Assembly: GCF_035084215.1 (NCBI RefSeq)
Contig: NC_090365.1
Coordinates: 13,454,001 to 13,518,000, forward strand
Source: Heptranchias perlo
Taxonomy: Eukaryota
Length of the DNA: 64,000 nt
Direction of reading: 5' to 3'
A program made the position numbers and the translations under genes. Shown piece by piece: positions 41,171-55,570 of this stretch. A model generated the notes under the pieces. That model was given only the letters and a program-made list of their open reading frames with translations, made no database searches and was not told where the DNA came from. The first letter of the stretch is position 1, and every line of letters starts with the position of its first letter.

Positions 41171-42584
41171 GCATTGTGCACACAAGGCCGTTAGCCATAC
41201 TAGCGATCAAATACTCAATGTGTTTGTCTAAGTGTTTAATTTAATCCGGTTATCCACCCTGCTTAAATAGCAGAAAGTGTCATACTGAATGTGTTAAATA
41301 TTCGCCCACTAATACTGGCAACAGTAATTGTTAGACTGAAGTTGGCAAATTTATTCTGACCTGCAGGAGGAGATTGTTAACTTTGTAATTCCTACCAGCC
41401 AGCTGGAGACCCACTGTGGGGTTTACATTGCTCTGATAGGGCACCGATAATGTAACTTGTGTAAGCTTGCCTTCTGTGCTAGTTTAACACAGTTGTTACC
41501 TTGTTAAGATGAAAGTTCAATTGTCCACAAAGGAATTTTATATTAATGCATTAACCAGAGGGGTTAAACCCCTACATCAGCTGTCCCTGCTGGGAGAGAG
41601 ACACCTTGTTAATATTTATGGTGGATGGGTGAGTATTTGATTAGCCACATGTCAATACCCTTCCCGGGCTGGGAATCCAAACACAGAGCTACAAGATGAT
41701 TCTTAAATTCAGTACCAGCTTGAACTGTATTGGTGCTTATTTTACATGCATGGGTTGCCTGCTGCATACTTGGTCCTGTATTGTGCTTTTAAAGAAGGCT
41801 CATCCTGATGGCTCGGCTGATAAAGGAATTGAGCCTCACAGACCAGGCATGTTTTCAAGTTCAATCGTCGGTCTGGGCTGAGCTGAGCTGATCTGAGCTG
41901 GAGTGGTGGTGAAATGGAAGTGGCCTCAGCCCCCACGAGCTGGGGACGAGGGGCAGGAGAGGAGGGAGAGAAGGGAGGGGGGGAAACAACCAAGGTTCCC
42001 ATGCTCCAGCTCTGGAAAATGCATGTGTGTCAGAGGAGGACCAAATCGGGAGAGTTATGATGCACCCCATGGTAGATCGGCCCGCTGACACTTACAGGGG
42101 TTTACTTTCGACCATGCCTTACTTTCAGTGGGCGGGTTAACATGTTTTGTTTCAGCCCGTAGGTTGATGACTGCAGTAATTAAAGCCCAGAGATTGAATT
42201 TAACATGAACTTGTTAATCGGTGCGTTAAATTGTGGCATGGGGAGATTAAGCCTCTCGCTGTTCAGGCTGACGCATGAAGAAAGCATATCTCTAAAAGCA
42301 GTAGGATAAAGGGAACGGATAAAGTCGCTGCAGGGCCTGTCAGTGCCAATATCCAGATGGAGGGAGAGATGCCAGCACGATGATTGTTTATGCTGTTTAC
42401 ACTTTAATGAGTTTTCTACTCAAATGATTTCCTTCTCTGACCTATTAGCTGGGTAATGATCAGTCAGTCACTTCAGAGAGGAAAATAATGCAATTCCCAA
42501 CAGAGAGGTGAAGCTGAAAGGAAAAGATAGCGGAATTTTACTGATAGATACTGAGAGGTCATCAGCTTCGAAAAAGAGGTTAAT

Positions 42585-42730
42585 GTAAATACTTGAAGGG
42601 GAGAAAACTTGCAGGGCTATGGGGAAAGTGCAGGGCAGTGGGACTAATTGGATTGCTCTCTCAAAGAGCCAGCACAGGCACAATGGGCCAAATGGCCTCC
42701 TTCTGTGCTGTACGATTTTCTGATTCTATT
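42585..42730 (+). mobile_element. CR1 3' UTR fragment
   Basis: gggactaattggattgctct...ggcctccttctgtgctg. Confidence 0.75.
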
Positions 42731-44714
42731 TGGGATTGAGACCTTTTTTCTCAGTAGTGATAAAGCTCAGCATAAAATGCTGCGCTTATTCTCTTTCCCT
42801 GCCCTCAGATACTGACTGGCCTGCTGTGTTTTGCTTTTCTTACAGATACCCAGCATTTGCAGTTGTTTTTTCTTTCTCTGTGCAGTGCCGGTGTCTGGCT
42901 CCAACATGCTGGCCCTGATAGCCCTTGGGGTGCGATGCCTGCGGCGCCCGCTCTCCAGCGCCAACACTACCGGGGTATGCGGTGCCAGTGGGAGAGCACC
43001 TCATCACCTCAGGCACTTCTCCAGCGCCCACCTGCCCATGCCTGCCAGAAACTCCAGTGCCCATCCATGGGGTGTGAGGGGAGAGCCAGGCCACCCTCCC
43101 CCAACTGTGCCAATGGTCCTCTCGGCCTCCTGAGGTGGGGCCCACGCACACCCTTGCGGAGGCTTGGTATGCCAAGCGAGGCATACCAGCTGCTACTAAT
43201 ACTCTGGGTCCACTCCCAGCCTAAATTGCAGAACCTCCTGGTTTAGGGAGTCTTCACCCCTGGCATCACCCCTCAGACCACCATTTGCCATGTAAGGGGG
43301 AACACCTGGCCTCACTTTGGTGCCTTGCCATAAGGGCCCAATTGAGATCACAAACTCGTCGGTCCTGATTTTCGCCTCAGTTACGCCCTGTGTGCACCAG
43401 CTTGTGGGGCATCGCCATTCGGAAGACTCGGTGGAGATCCGTCCCACCGGGTTCCTGTTGCGTTTGTGTTCAAGGCACATCCCCACTTTAAAACACAGAG
43501 GGCCAGGAAGCCCACCTGGAATAATTTCCCAACATTCCCAGTGTGCATTACACTGAGGGACCATCATGTCCCTATAGAATGGGTGTCCACCATTGCTAGG
43601 TGCTGAGCTGTATATAGAAGGTTAAAGGGGTCTGGTAGGATTTATTCAATTGTTTTAAAGCCACTTCTGCACAATTTCTCTTGATTAGGTTCTCATGAGC
43701 TTATGAAGCAATTGTTCGAAGGCTTCTTTTTGTCTAATGGGTTTCCCAATGGGAATTCCCACCTTATGAATTATTTGGAGGACAAAAGAGGACCAGCGGA
43801 GGGATGCCAGGCAGATCAGGGATGCTCTGAGCTTGACTGTTAGCACCTAGATATCTACATTTACAGGGAGAGGTGCAGATGCCTCATTTTCGCAAAGGAT
43901 TAGTGCGTGTGGAGGCTTCAGTTCTCAGCGTTGCTGGTGACAGAATAACTTATGTCACAGATATTTGAAGGCTTGACTGAGCTGGATGGTTCTTTGGGAG
44001 GACTGCAACTATGACATGCCATCACTTCAGTGGTACCACATGAAAGAAGGCGTTCCAAGGTGATGCACAGCCTGCTTGGCCACACCCATCAACATGCCAT
44101 CAACCATCTCTGCAGGCGTTGGCACACTGTGCGGAACTATCCTCTCAGGCTGCAGGTAAGCAGGGAGGTAGATGCGGAGCTGTGTCATCCGCTGCAAAAG
44201 GACACCTGCAGCTAACGTGCAGCATAATAATACCAGCCAGCTGTAGCCTCGAGCCTCTTTCCACCTCCTTCCAGGCAATCAGGGCCACCCTTCCTTGTAA
44301 TCATCTCACGCTGCCCCACCTCCCAGGCCGTGGCCGCTCCATCGCTGGTCCGCAGGCTTGTAATGGGTTTCCAAACATTGGGTTTCCGCTCTCTCTATTT
44401 TTGTCCTTCACTTCTTAGCCCTCTCCTTCTTCAGCCTTAGCTGAGGCTCCAACAGGGTGAAATGGCTTTCAAGCCTTTCCTAAGACTGCGTGGATTTTTG
44501 TCCCCTAATCCCCCATTTCCCCTTTAATTGTTCACACCTTACATGCAATTTTCTGCTCCCACCACTAGCATGCGCCCTGCACCTGTCCAATGTTCTGAAT
44601 TATTAAGCTGACGTTGGACAATTGAGTGCTATTAGCACATTACCATTCTGGTAAGATGTGCTTAAGATGTTCTTAACCATTTAGAAGTGACTTACACCAG
44701 TACTGGAGATGCAG

Positions 44715-45280
44715 GTAACGTTGCCCATCTCCACCCCTGCCTCAGCTCATCTGCTGCTAAAACCCTCATCCATGCCATTGTTACCACCAGACTCGACTAT
44801 TCCAATGGTCTCCTGGCTGGCCTCCCATCTTCCACCTTCTGTAAACTTGAGCTCATCCAACCTCTGCTGCCCGTATCCTAATTCACACCAAGTCCTACTT
44901 TGGCTCCCGGTCCGGCAACGCCTCAATTTTAAAATTTTCATCCTTGTTTTCAAATCCCTCCATGGTCTCACCCCTCCCTATCTCTGTAACCTCCTCCAGC
45001 CCTACAACTCTCCGAGATCTCTGAGTTCCTCCAATTCTGGCCTCTTGCGCATCCCCGATTTCCTTCGCTCCACCATTGGCGGCCGTGCATTCAGCTGCCT
45101 AGGCCCTAAGCTCTGGAATTCCTTCCCTAAACCTCTCTGCCTCTCTCGTCTCCTTTAAGACGCTCCTTAAAAGCTATCGCTTTGACCAAGCTTTTGGGCA
45201 CTTGTCCTAATATCTCCTTATGTGGCTCAGTGTCAAATTTTGTTTGATAATCGCTTCACTATTAGGCAAGTTGTTGTTAT
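44715..45280 (+). mobile_element. L2 3' fragment
   Basis: TTRLDYSN, FKSLHGLTPPYL, GPKLWNS. Confidence 0.88.
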
Positions 45281-46554
45281 AGGTAGACTTGCACTCCCTA
45301 TGCACTGCTGGGTGTAATACTGAGCCCAATTTAACCTAGAGTCTGTGCTGAGTCGGTAACTGGCAGCGTTAATACTGGTTTCAGTACCTCTGAGCTAGAG
45401 AAGGGACAAATAGGCCAGGATTCCTGCCTTTCATTGCTATCCAGTGACCTCTGCTGGACATCAGGTGAGAACAGGGTTGGACACAGCTATGATGCCCCAC
45501 CCAGTCAAAGATTTGACAATCACTGTCTCGGCTAACCCATGAAGAATGTAACGTAGCCTGGCTAGTGCGCATCGAGCTGTACGTCAGAAAGAGCCAATAG
45601 GGTAAATATTGGTTTTGGCCCCATTTTCGGGCACATAACCATTGGCACACCGTCAGCATGCACCCGAAACCGGGAGGCCCGAGGCAGGCCCGAAATTGGA
45701 CCTCGGCCCATATTGATATTATTTGGGTGAGCTGCCGGCGCCTGTCCCGCCTCCACAGGCACCTCGCCCATTTTGAAAAGATGAATTTCGGGCCGCTTGC
45801 TTCGAAGGGGAGGTCCTGCGGGGGGCGGCGATCGGGGTACCGTGGAATCTCCGTGGAATCTGTCTTCTGGTGGAGGCCGCTGCTTAAGCTGCACCGGTCT
45901 ATGAAGGTTTCTTAGGCCCCTGTACTGACTCCACTTTGCTCCACACTGCCCACTTTGGTAGAGGTGTCCTAAACCAGCGCGTTATGTAAATCAGGGGCCT
46001 GACACCTGTCTAGGCGGCTGCTAGGGGCACCTGAAAAATCCACCCGAAATTGGGTCGGATGTCTTTCAAGCATCCCCCAGGGGCCTGAAATGGGCCCTTG
46101 TTACACTGGCTTTGCACTGCTTTTACACGCAGCATTCCTACTCTTCAGGACCGGAGGGGAGGAAACGGGAAAAAAAATTAATAAAATGAAGTTAAAAATT
46201 AATTCTGTGCAGAACTTTAACATCTGCCAGAGACTTGCGGCCACCAGAGACCTGAGAGCTGATTCCCTTCTATCTGGGCTGGATCCCAAGTCATTGATGT
46301 GAAAGTGCAGAACTCAAATACACTGCAAAGCTCATTCTTCACACGTATAATGTTTAAGAGAGTCAGAATGTAGAGGTTGAGGAGCCTCGTCATTGCTGCC
46401 AGCTCTGCCTCGTTCCATCTATCCATCTGTTCTCTGTTTGGACATTTAAATTTCCCATATCAACAATCCCTCTGCTCTTTTACAGAAAGACTGCTCAATT
46501 AGTGTGGAATTATAGGCAGTTTGACTGGACTTGTGTTGACACTACTGCTCACAC

Positions 46555-46950
46555 TCTGTCCCACACCAAGTCCCGCTCACCCATCACCCTCTGTCCTCAC
46601 TTACCTCCAACATCTCAAATTTAAAATTCTTGTCTTACCCCTCCTTATCTCGAATCTCCCCTCAGACCTACAACTTTCCCCCCCATCAACTTCTCCATTC
46701 CTCTGATTCCAGCCTCTTGCGCATCACTCCCCTTCCTGTGCCAGAGATTGGTGGCCATTCCTTTGGCTGCCTAGATCCCACTCTCTGGAATTCCCTCCCT
46801 AAGACCCTCGACCCTTCCCTTCTTCTTGAAGACCCTCCTTTGACTGAGCTTTAGGTCCTCCCTCCTAATATCTCCTTCGTTGGCTCAAATGTCCATTCTC
46901 TTTACAACTCTGTGAAGCACCTTGGGGCATTTTGCTACGTTAAAGGTATT
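46555..46950 (+). mobile_element. degenerate L2 3' fragment
   Basis: decayed copy of the same 3' region (TLWNSLPK). Confidence 0.65.
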
Positions 46951-48391
46951 ATTTCCTGAGATGTGTTCCCTATGAGTGCTGTGCCCCCCTGGGTTCGGCA
47001 AATCTTTGAGTCACCCCTTATATGCATCTTTCCTATGCACTTAATGCTTTTAACAGCCCTGAACCCTACTGGGTGTTCTCCCATACTTTCTACTGTAAGG
47101 GCTATGGGGGGAAGAGCAGGGGAGTAGATCTTTCAAAGAGCCGGCACAGGCAAGATGGGCCGAATGGCCTCCTTCTCTGCTGTATGATCCTAGTGTCTCA
47201 GTCCCAACTGCAGAAGAACACCACCTACTGCATCAGCTGACATTTTTCTAATTCCCACACCAGCCAACCTGTAGCCTGTAAGTGAAATTCTCAGTTTGGT
47301 TTGGTTGCAACCAGTGCTGAATTGAGCACAGCTTTCCATCGCAGTCCCATTCCCTTAGTCCGGAATGGAGTTGAGCCCAGTTCCTAGGACTGAAAGGTCA
47401 GTGTCTAAACCCTCCTCAACTCCCACCAAACATATAAACCGAATACCAACACCGAGAACTAAACATTAATGTTAATGTTTTATTTTTGATATACATGTTT
47501 CAAATTCCTTTGCGCACTTTTTAAAAACAAAACCAGTTAAAGACCTTACTGAAGTAGTGCATGCACGATTTTGACACAAAGGTGTTAACCAGTGTGTTAA
47601 AAAATAAGACCACAGGATCATTTCAGCCCCTCGGAGAACCTCAAGGCCTATGGGATTACTGGGGTACATGTCCCAAACACTGCAGAAATCTTTCAGAAAT
47701 AGATTACAGGCCCTGAACATTCAAATAGGAAGAAAAGGAGAAAGACAGGCGGGGGTGGGGGAAGGGAAGGAGAGGGGGGAGGGTATGGAGTCCCTTTGCC
47801 TCTCCATATTATATACGCTGTCAATGGAATTCTAGGTTATCACAGAAAGTAAAAGCAATCTATTATGGTTCCTGCATTTCTTACATATTTTATGAGAATT
47901 GGTGATTATCGGATCAGTGAGTATTTTGAATGTGAGAACATTGATTTAAACCAGTGTTATCCAGGACTGAAATCGTCACAAAGAAAATGAGGAAAGAAGT
48001 TAGGAGAAATTATATTGTTACGATCTGGAATAACACTGAGTCCTAAATCTGCCCCGTTGCATGCGGAATTGCATTTAACGAGGCATAATGTAGGATGCGT
48101 TGCTGCACTTTGAAACTGTTTTCCAGCTTTTTTGTTCATTGATATTTTTGGTTCCTCTTTCCTGTCAGCACTAGGCTTTGTGCCAAATGTTTAGGCAGTC
48201 TCATCTTTTGAAGCGCCTGCAATATTGGCACAGTGTTACCCCCTGGGAATTCTCTTTTTCTTCATGTTTTTTTGGAGGAAGAAGAGGAGGAGCAATAGAG
48301 GGATGTCAGTCAGGCCAGGCTGTGCCCACCCAGTGGTAGCCTTGCAGCCACATTTACAGACAGGGGCACACCCGCCTAGATTCATCAGTAA

Positions 48392-48818
48392 AGTGGAGAG
48401 ACTGGAGAAGCTGGGATTGTTCTCCTTAGAGCAGAGAAGATTAAGGGGCGATTTCATAGAGGTGTTCAAAATCATGAAGGATACTGATAGAGTAAATAAG
48501 GAGAAACTGTTTCCGCTGGCAGGAGGATCAGAGATTTAAGATAATTGGCAAAAGAACCAGAGGGGGGAGATGAGGAGAATTTTTTTTACGCAGCGAGTTG
48601 TTATAATCTGGAATGAACTGCCTAAAAGGGTGGAGGGAGCAGATTCAATAGTAATTTTCAGTAGGGAATTGGATAAATACTTGAAAAGGAAAAATTTGAA
48701 GGGCTATGGGGAAAGAGCAGGGGAGTGGGACTAATTGGATTGCTCTTTCAAAGAGCCGGCACAGGCACGATGGGCCGAATGGCCTCCTTCTGCGCTGTAT
48801 GATTCAATGATTCTATGA
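48392..48818 (+). mobile_element. CR1 3' fragment
   Basis: LEKLGLFSLEQRRLRGD; tail gattctatga. Confidence 0.9.
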
Positions 48819-48821
48819 AAT

Positions 48822-48960
48822 GCTCCAAATCACCAGGGAGGCTGTGCCATCTGCTGCAAGGGCACCTGTAGCTAACAAGCACCACAGACTGGCACTGCCA
48901 GTGGCTGTAATGGTCCACTGTGCCCCTCAGGTATTCTGCCCCAGCCCCCTTCCAGGCATG
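48822..48960 (+). mobile_element. degenerate PIF/Harbinger transposase fragment
   Basis: frameshifted reading LCHLLQGHL...LALPVAVMV/TVPLRYSAPAPFQ resembles the HARBI1-like N-terminal ALP...VALxF.A.GSFQ motif. Confidence 0.45.
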
Positions 48961-50685
48961 CTGCGATGCTGTACCAGGGAGGGGTGCCTGGGACAGTGGA
49001 AAATCTGCCCACCTCCCTTGTTACCACCTCATTCAATGCCACCTCCACTTCCCCAGCTGAGGGCTTTGAGTGTTGTGCTAGTCAACCCCTTTGACAAAGA
49101 TTCGCTTTCCACCTTCACATTTCTTGTGCCAGTCACTGGAAGTTGCCAGTTATACTCGAACAGCCTTTGCTAAGGCTGAAGTATATAGATTAAAAATACT
49201 AGAAGCCTTTGTAAAGACTGCTAACATTTATGTCCCCTCACCTTTAAGAGGACACGAATCCTTAATTTTATCCATCATCCCCTGTAAAGGGCAGCTTTCA
49301 CTCGATTGCCCCCACCCTCACCGACCTCCCAACATCTGGCTGGCTCCCATTATGTAAATGTGGATGACCCTGCAAACATCAGGAAAGGTCACTGCACCAG
49401 CAGTTGGGCAGATGCTGAGAGCACTCGAGCAGAGTGGAAACCCACTTGTAAAAGGTTGTTTTTCAAATACAGATCTATTTTTTTCCCACTTTACATCTGT
49501 ACCTTATGAAGTGAAGACGTTAATTATCAGCATTATGAAGGCTTTCAATGAACTGTTAGCAATAACAAGGCAAACTCTGTAACTCAATCCATGATCGTGT
49601 CCCCATCTTCTGCCCTGTCTAGTTCTGGGATTGGGAAAACATGGCAACCCAAATCTTGTTGGCATTGTTCATTATTTCAGACTAGTGCGGTTACTACCAG
49701 TGCACTTAATCAACCATCTAAATAGTTGATTTTAAACCATTAAATTATTTAACAACCCATTTCACCCAAAATTCTTGCACCAGGACTGAGCATCCTCAAT
49801 CGGCAGTGCAGGTGGATAACCTGGATCCACACTGATGCTGCTTTCATCATGGTTTCTCAGTGTAGTCGTCAGCAGGAGGGGGATTGGTGGTCTCACGGTT
49901 GGGGGGATTGGTGGTCTCATGATTGGGGGATTGGTGGTCATGGATGGGGGGTTAGTGCTGTCATGTTTTGGGTATATTGGTGGTCTCTTGATTGTGGCAA
50001 CAACAGTCTTGTACCTTTCCTCCAGCTCCCTGAATTACCATTCCAAAATATTACTCTTCCCAGAGGGTTAAATATAGGTCACTAAATCATGAGCAAATAA
50101 CTTCCAGATTTGGTTAATAGGAAGCCTGGTTATGATCCTAACGTCAATAACCCAGGAGCAAAGGCTGGAATGGCTCCTCTGTTAGTTGAGTATGGTTTGC
50201 TTTCCATGAAGGTGCTGAGTTATCCTGGGGTATGGTTCTACAGCCCTCCGGTACCTTACCCAAAAAGACCATTCTTCATGAGTGTGCCTAGACGGTGAGT
50301 GTCAGCTGGGTGTCTGATCCTGGAGGAGACCACAGCCGAGCATTCACACTGCCTCGCAATCAGGAGAGGGAACTCTGGCTGATTTGGGTCCTTCCCTAAT
50401 CCAGAGGCCATGTGGCACCTCAGCTGGGATCAGCTAACTCAGCGTAGATTGGGGATTGAAACGAAGACCATTTGGTCTGCATGGCTCAGTACACACTGGA
50501 AGGTGTATTTATCCACTGAACAATTGGGAGAAACTGTGTTCTCCACTTGAGTTTTATCACGGAGTTACACCCTCCAGTCCAAACTAAGTTAAAATCATCA
50601 CCTTTCAATGTGGTTAATGATTTACAATCATCACCCTTTCTCTCCCCGGATATGTACCTATGAGTATTCTCTGAAATCCACTTAC

Positions 50686-50734
50686 CTCCTTGTTCATCCA
50701 ACATGACCAGAGTCCTGATCCCGGCATCTTTGCT
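50686..50734 (-). CDS. snap25: SNAP-25 family gene, coding exon equivalent to SNAP25 exon 4 (SKDAGIRTLVMLDEQG-)
   Basis: 49 bp; acceptor ...aaacag|AGC, donor GGAG|gtaag; peptide matches the SNAP-25 N-terminal SNARE helix including the zero-layer Q. Confidence 0.95.
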
Positions 50735-51540
50735 CTGTTTGAGGTGATAAGAAAAAGAATGTGAGAGGGACAGAATGGGAATCATTCAGAATGGAACAGG
50801 TACAATTGTCAGCTCTCGACTGTATATCAATAATTCAATCCCTTCAACGTCCCCATTCAGTAGATTCCTGATAAACATATAACCAGTGCGTGCTGCAATA
50901 TAGCAGGTCAGCATTAGGAGTTCCACCAACTGCATATAAACATTAGCAATGGAATTGTATCTCAACTTTGACAAAATCACCATCAAACTATCCCACTGCA
51001 TCAAAGCCCTTGTAGAAATGAGATTCTGGGTAGATTAAAGAATAAGGAGCCTTTCCTAGCTTAAGGACACCCCAAAATGCTTCACAGCCAATGAAGTCCT
51101 TTTGAAGTGTAGACACTGCTGTATTAATTCTAATCTACATTACAACACCCAGGGAGCTTCCTGATGGTTTGTAAGTAGATGTAAGTAAGTAGTGAAAATC
51201 CTATATAATCTAGAGGTTAATTTCTAATACTAATAGGAGTAGACTTTTGGAAGGATAGGTACAGGAATGAAGCTACAATTGATAATGAATGTTGTATTTC
51301 GTGCTAACTCTCAGAGCATCCAGCACGATGGTTATTGTTTCAGATATATGATAAAACTGCTTTATATTTTAACAGCTTCACTGCGATCCCTATGAGCAGA
51401 TTTTGACCTGCGCCAATCCAGAAGATTTAGGTTTTCAGTATCTGTCCTTGTAGAGTTGTGTGATCCTGAAGAATAACAATGATGCTACTTTCAGGAGTCT
51501 GCTCACTGTGCGCTCCCTCTCCAGAAATGGAAGAATAGTA

Positions 51541-51587
51541 AACACGGACCAGAGTGAACACGGACCAGAGTGAACACGGACCAGAGT
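51541..51587. repeat. 3 x 16-bp tandem AACACGGACCAGAGTG
   Basis: direct reading. Confidence 0.9.
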
Positions 51588-51964
51588 AACGAAAATATTA
51601 ATTTACAATTCAGTGTAACTATGAAGTATGAAAAACAATTCAACAAATACTATTGAGGTCAGGTATGAATATTAAACATGAATATACTGTACCGGAAATG
51701 AGAAACTATCAAATATTCCCCCCTTTAGTGTTTGTGTGGGATTGTATACAACAGTGAGAGGCAGGAGCTCTCTGAAACAGTTAATGGACTGCTGTCAGTA
51801 AGGGAGAGCAGCCTCTTTCAAACTTGTTTTCCAGTGTTGGTGAAACGATAAAAACTAATTTGCACTGGGAACCAGAGTCCAGGAGGAGTTTTGTGCGTAT
51901 TAAAAAAGGCTGTTTGAAACATGGAGCTCCTTTAAACATTTATTGTTACACTGCCCCGCATGTA

Positions 51965-52715
51965 CATAGAATCATAGAAATTTACGACAGAGGAGGCCAT
52001 TCTGCCCATCGTGTCTGTGCCGGCCGAAAAAAAGCCATCCAGCCAATCCCACTTTCCAGCTCTTGGTCCGTAGCCTCGTAGGTCACGGCACTTCAAGTGC
52101 ACATCCAAGAACCCTTTAAATGCGATGAGGGCTCTGCCTCTACCATCCTTTTGGGCAGTGAGTTCCAGACCCCCACCACACTCTGGGTGAAAATTATTTT
52201 CCTCAGCTTCCCTCTAATCCTTCTACCAATCACTTTAAATCTATGCCCCCTGGTTATTGACCTCTCTGCTAAAGGAAATAGGTCCTCCCTGTCCACTCTA
52301 TCTAGATCCGTCATAATTTTCTATACCTCAATTAAATCTCCCCTCAGCCTCCTCTGTTCCAAAGAAAACAACCCCAGCCTATCCAATCTTTCCTCATAGC
52401 TAAAATTCTCCACCATTCTCTGGCAACATCCTCGTAAATCTCCTCTGTACCCTCTCTGGTGCAATCATATCTTTCTTGTAATGTGGTGACCAGAACTGTA
52501 AGCCGTACTCAAGCTGTGGCCTAACCAATGTTCTATACAGTTCTAACATAACCTCCCTGATTTTATATTCTATGCTTCAGCTAATAAAGGAAAGTATCCC
52601 GTATGCCTTCTTAAACACCTTATCTACCTGTCCTGCTACCTTCAGGGATCTGTGGACATGCGCTCCAAGGTCCCTCTGTTCCTCCACATCTCTCAGTATC
52701 CTCCCATTTATTGTG
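51965..52715 (-). mobile_element. CR1 3' fragment, same subfamily as 2178-3280
   Basis: closely similar sequence and tail catagaatcatagaaatttacg. Confidence 0.92.
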
Positions 52716-53089
52716 TGATTGCATACATTGAGTATGGCTATCCATCGCTGAGGCATGTTCTTAATGAGTGGATTTGGACTCAAGGATTGAATACTGCAGA
52801 GAAATCCCGAATACAAAAAAAAGGAGTCTCAAGCAAAAATTTCCAAGGAGCTCTCCAGGTGCCCAGTAATATTCAGATGATTTATACAAATAATTGCATG
52901 TCCTGTAGCAGGATAGATTGCTAGGCTGAAGCACCTGGCTCAGATATTCATGAGTGTGGAGCACATACAGGGTAATTACCTGCACATATGCATGTACAGC
53001 TCAACGAGTGAGCGAGCATAGTGGCTTGCAAATAAAGAATTAATTTGAGATAAAACTTCACACTTCTCTTCAATCATCTAATCAAACGG

Positions 53090-53530
53090 TGTCAGCCGTG
53101 GCAGTTGGCAGGACTCTCGCCTCTGAGCCAGAGGTTATGGGTTCAAGTCCCAAAATCTAAGCTGACACTTCAGTGCAGTACTGAGGGAGTGCCGCACTGT
53201 CGAAGATGCCGTCTTTGGGATGAGACATTAAACCGAGGCCCCGTCTGCCCTCTCAGATGGATGTAAAAGATCCCAAGGCACGATTCGAAGAAGAGCAGGG
53301 GAGTTCTCCCTGGTGCCCTAGCCAATATTTATCTCACAACCAACATTACTAAACAGATTATCTGGTCACTGTCTCATTGCTGTTTGTGGGACCTTGCTGT
53401 GCGTAAATTGTCTGCCGCATTTCCTACATTACAACAGTGACTACACTAAAAAAGTACTTCATTGGCTGTAAAGCACTTTGGGTCGTCTTGAGGTTGTGAA
53501 AGGAGCTATATAAATGCAAGTCTTTCTTTG
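53090..53530 (+). mobile_element. Deu-domain SINE
   Basis: same sequence as the 28248 copy. Confidence 0.82.
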
Positions 53531-53726
53531 GAACTGGAGGGATTAGGCATTTTCAGTAATATTCAGTAAATTAAAGACCATATTAACTGCTGCAAGACTG
53601 ATGTGGTACAACAGCATTGCAGTGCACAGCAAGTGATACACTCCCAAGTACATGACATCAGGGACCATATCACTGTTTCCCTTCTAATTTGGTCAGTACT
53701 TCTCCACATATTACATAGCAAAGCAC

Positions 53727-54135
53727 ACATAGGAACAGAAGTAGGCCATTCAGCCCCTCGAGCCTGTTCCGCTATTCTGCCATGGCTGATCTGTATCTTA
53801 ACTCCATTTACCCACCTTGGTTCCATATTCCTTAATGCCTTCACCTACCGAAAATCTATCAATCTCAGTTTTGACATTTTCAATTGACCCCCAGCCTCAA
53901 CAGCTTTTTGGGGGAGAGAGTTCCAGATTTCCACTCCCCTTTGTGTGAAGAAGTGCTTCCTGACATCACCCCTGAACGGCCTAGCTCTAATTTTAAGGTT
54001 ACACCCTCTTGTTCTGGACCCCCCCCACCAGAGGAAATAGTTTCTCTCTATCTACCCTATCAACTCCTTTGATCATCTTAAACACCTCAATTACATCATC
54101 CCTTAATCTTCTATACTCGAGGGACTACAAGCCTA
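53727..54135 (-). mobile_element. CR1 3' fragment (subfamily of the 12843 copy)
   Basis: gagttccagatttccactcccctttgtgtgaagaagtgcttcctgacatc shared with 12979-13030. Confidence 0.88.
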
Positions 54136-55272
54136 ATATAGGATCGTTTGTGAGGCTTGGTTGGTAGATGTGGTACTGAGCCATACAGGCTAAGAGGTTT
54201 GAAAAAAGAGATGAACAGCCGACTCCATAATTAAACTGTAAGGCTGATTTCCCATTACGTTGCTCCCAGACGGGAGTGTGCACACAGGGAATGCTAGTCG
54301 AGAAATTAAGGCCCCCCTCCGTCCATTTAAAATCAAGGGTTGAGGACCCGTGATATCCCGTCCAGCGTTCTCCATGATCACTGCTCCACGCTGGGAGTGA
54401 GCAATCGGGGAATCAATAAGATTTAAATTCAAGTATTATTGTATTGCCTGTCCCTAACTGTATTAGTATTGAATTTTATTTCAAATCACATTATGGGGAA
54501 TGCCGGACTCTTTGCCTGTTGTTGCCTCAGAGATGTCTGAGAAGGTTAGGAGTTCTATGGTTTGAGGTTCTGGGAGACAGGAAACTAGGTAGCCATGGGC
54601 ATAGCTTTTTTGGGAAATCTTACAATATTATTCAGAAATATCCAGAGCCAGACCCTGTCAAAGACTTTGGAGAGGCTCAAAGCAATGACAGGAGATTTAT
54701 CGAAGTGTTCAAGAGCAGAGTTCAAGAGATGCATATCATAGGCAAGAAAAAAAGAAGAAAGAAAGAACTTGCATTCATATAGCAACTTTCACGATGTCAG
54801 GAAGTCCGAAAGCACTTTAAAGCCAAAGGTTGCCAGTAGAACAACCAAGCCCATCGTGAATTTGGCCACAACTTTGAAGGTAATGGATAATTATAGAATT
54901 ATTTGCAGTTTCCCTAACTTCATGAAGTACAGATGTAAGGGCAATAGGACAGTGGTTCTAACAGATAGAGAAATCACTTTTCCTTCGGCTAGTCATCACT
55001 GTCCACAATGACACCCACCGCTGGCAGATACGGAAGAACATTGGAATGAATTTGCCTCCCCCAACTCACAGTGTTAAGTAATTGTACACTAACATTGTGC
55101 AGCACAATTTCATCACCGTGGATTATTCCAAGGTTGCCATCTCATTTCAGGGTTCAGATGACAGTTATGAACCACCCCTGGGTTTTTAGTACTTTTTATA
55201 CAAGATGTTTCTAGCTGCTTCTTTATAAAACACTTCAGGCTGTGCATTATCTTGTTTCTAATACATTTCTCA

Positions 55273-55570
55273 GTGTGTGACGCTGTAGATAACACACTCC
55301 TAACTGTTCATTATCCTGTAGATAACACACTCCTAGCTGTTCATTATCCTGTAGATAACACACTCCTAGCTGTTCATTATCCTGTAGATAACACACTCCT
55401 AGCTGTTCATTATCCTGTGGATAACACACTCCTAGCTGTTCATTATCCTGTAGATAACACACTCCTAGCTGTGCATTGTCCTGTAGATAACACACTCCTA
55501 GCTGTTCATTATCCTGTAGTTAACACACTCCTAGCTGTGCATTATCCTATAGCTAACACCCTAGCTGTAT
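55273..55570. repeat. 33-bp tandem repeat CTGTAGATAACACACTCCTAGCTGTTCATTATC, ~9 copies
   Basis: direct reading. Confidence 0.95.
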
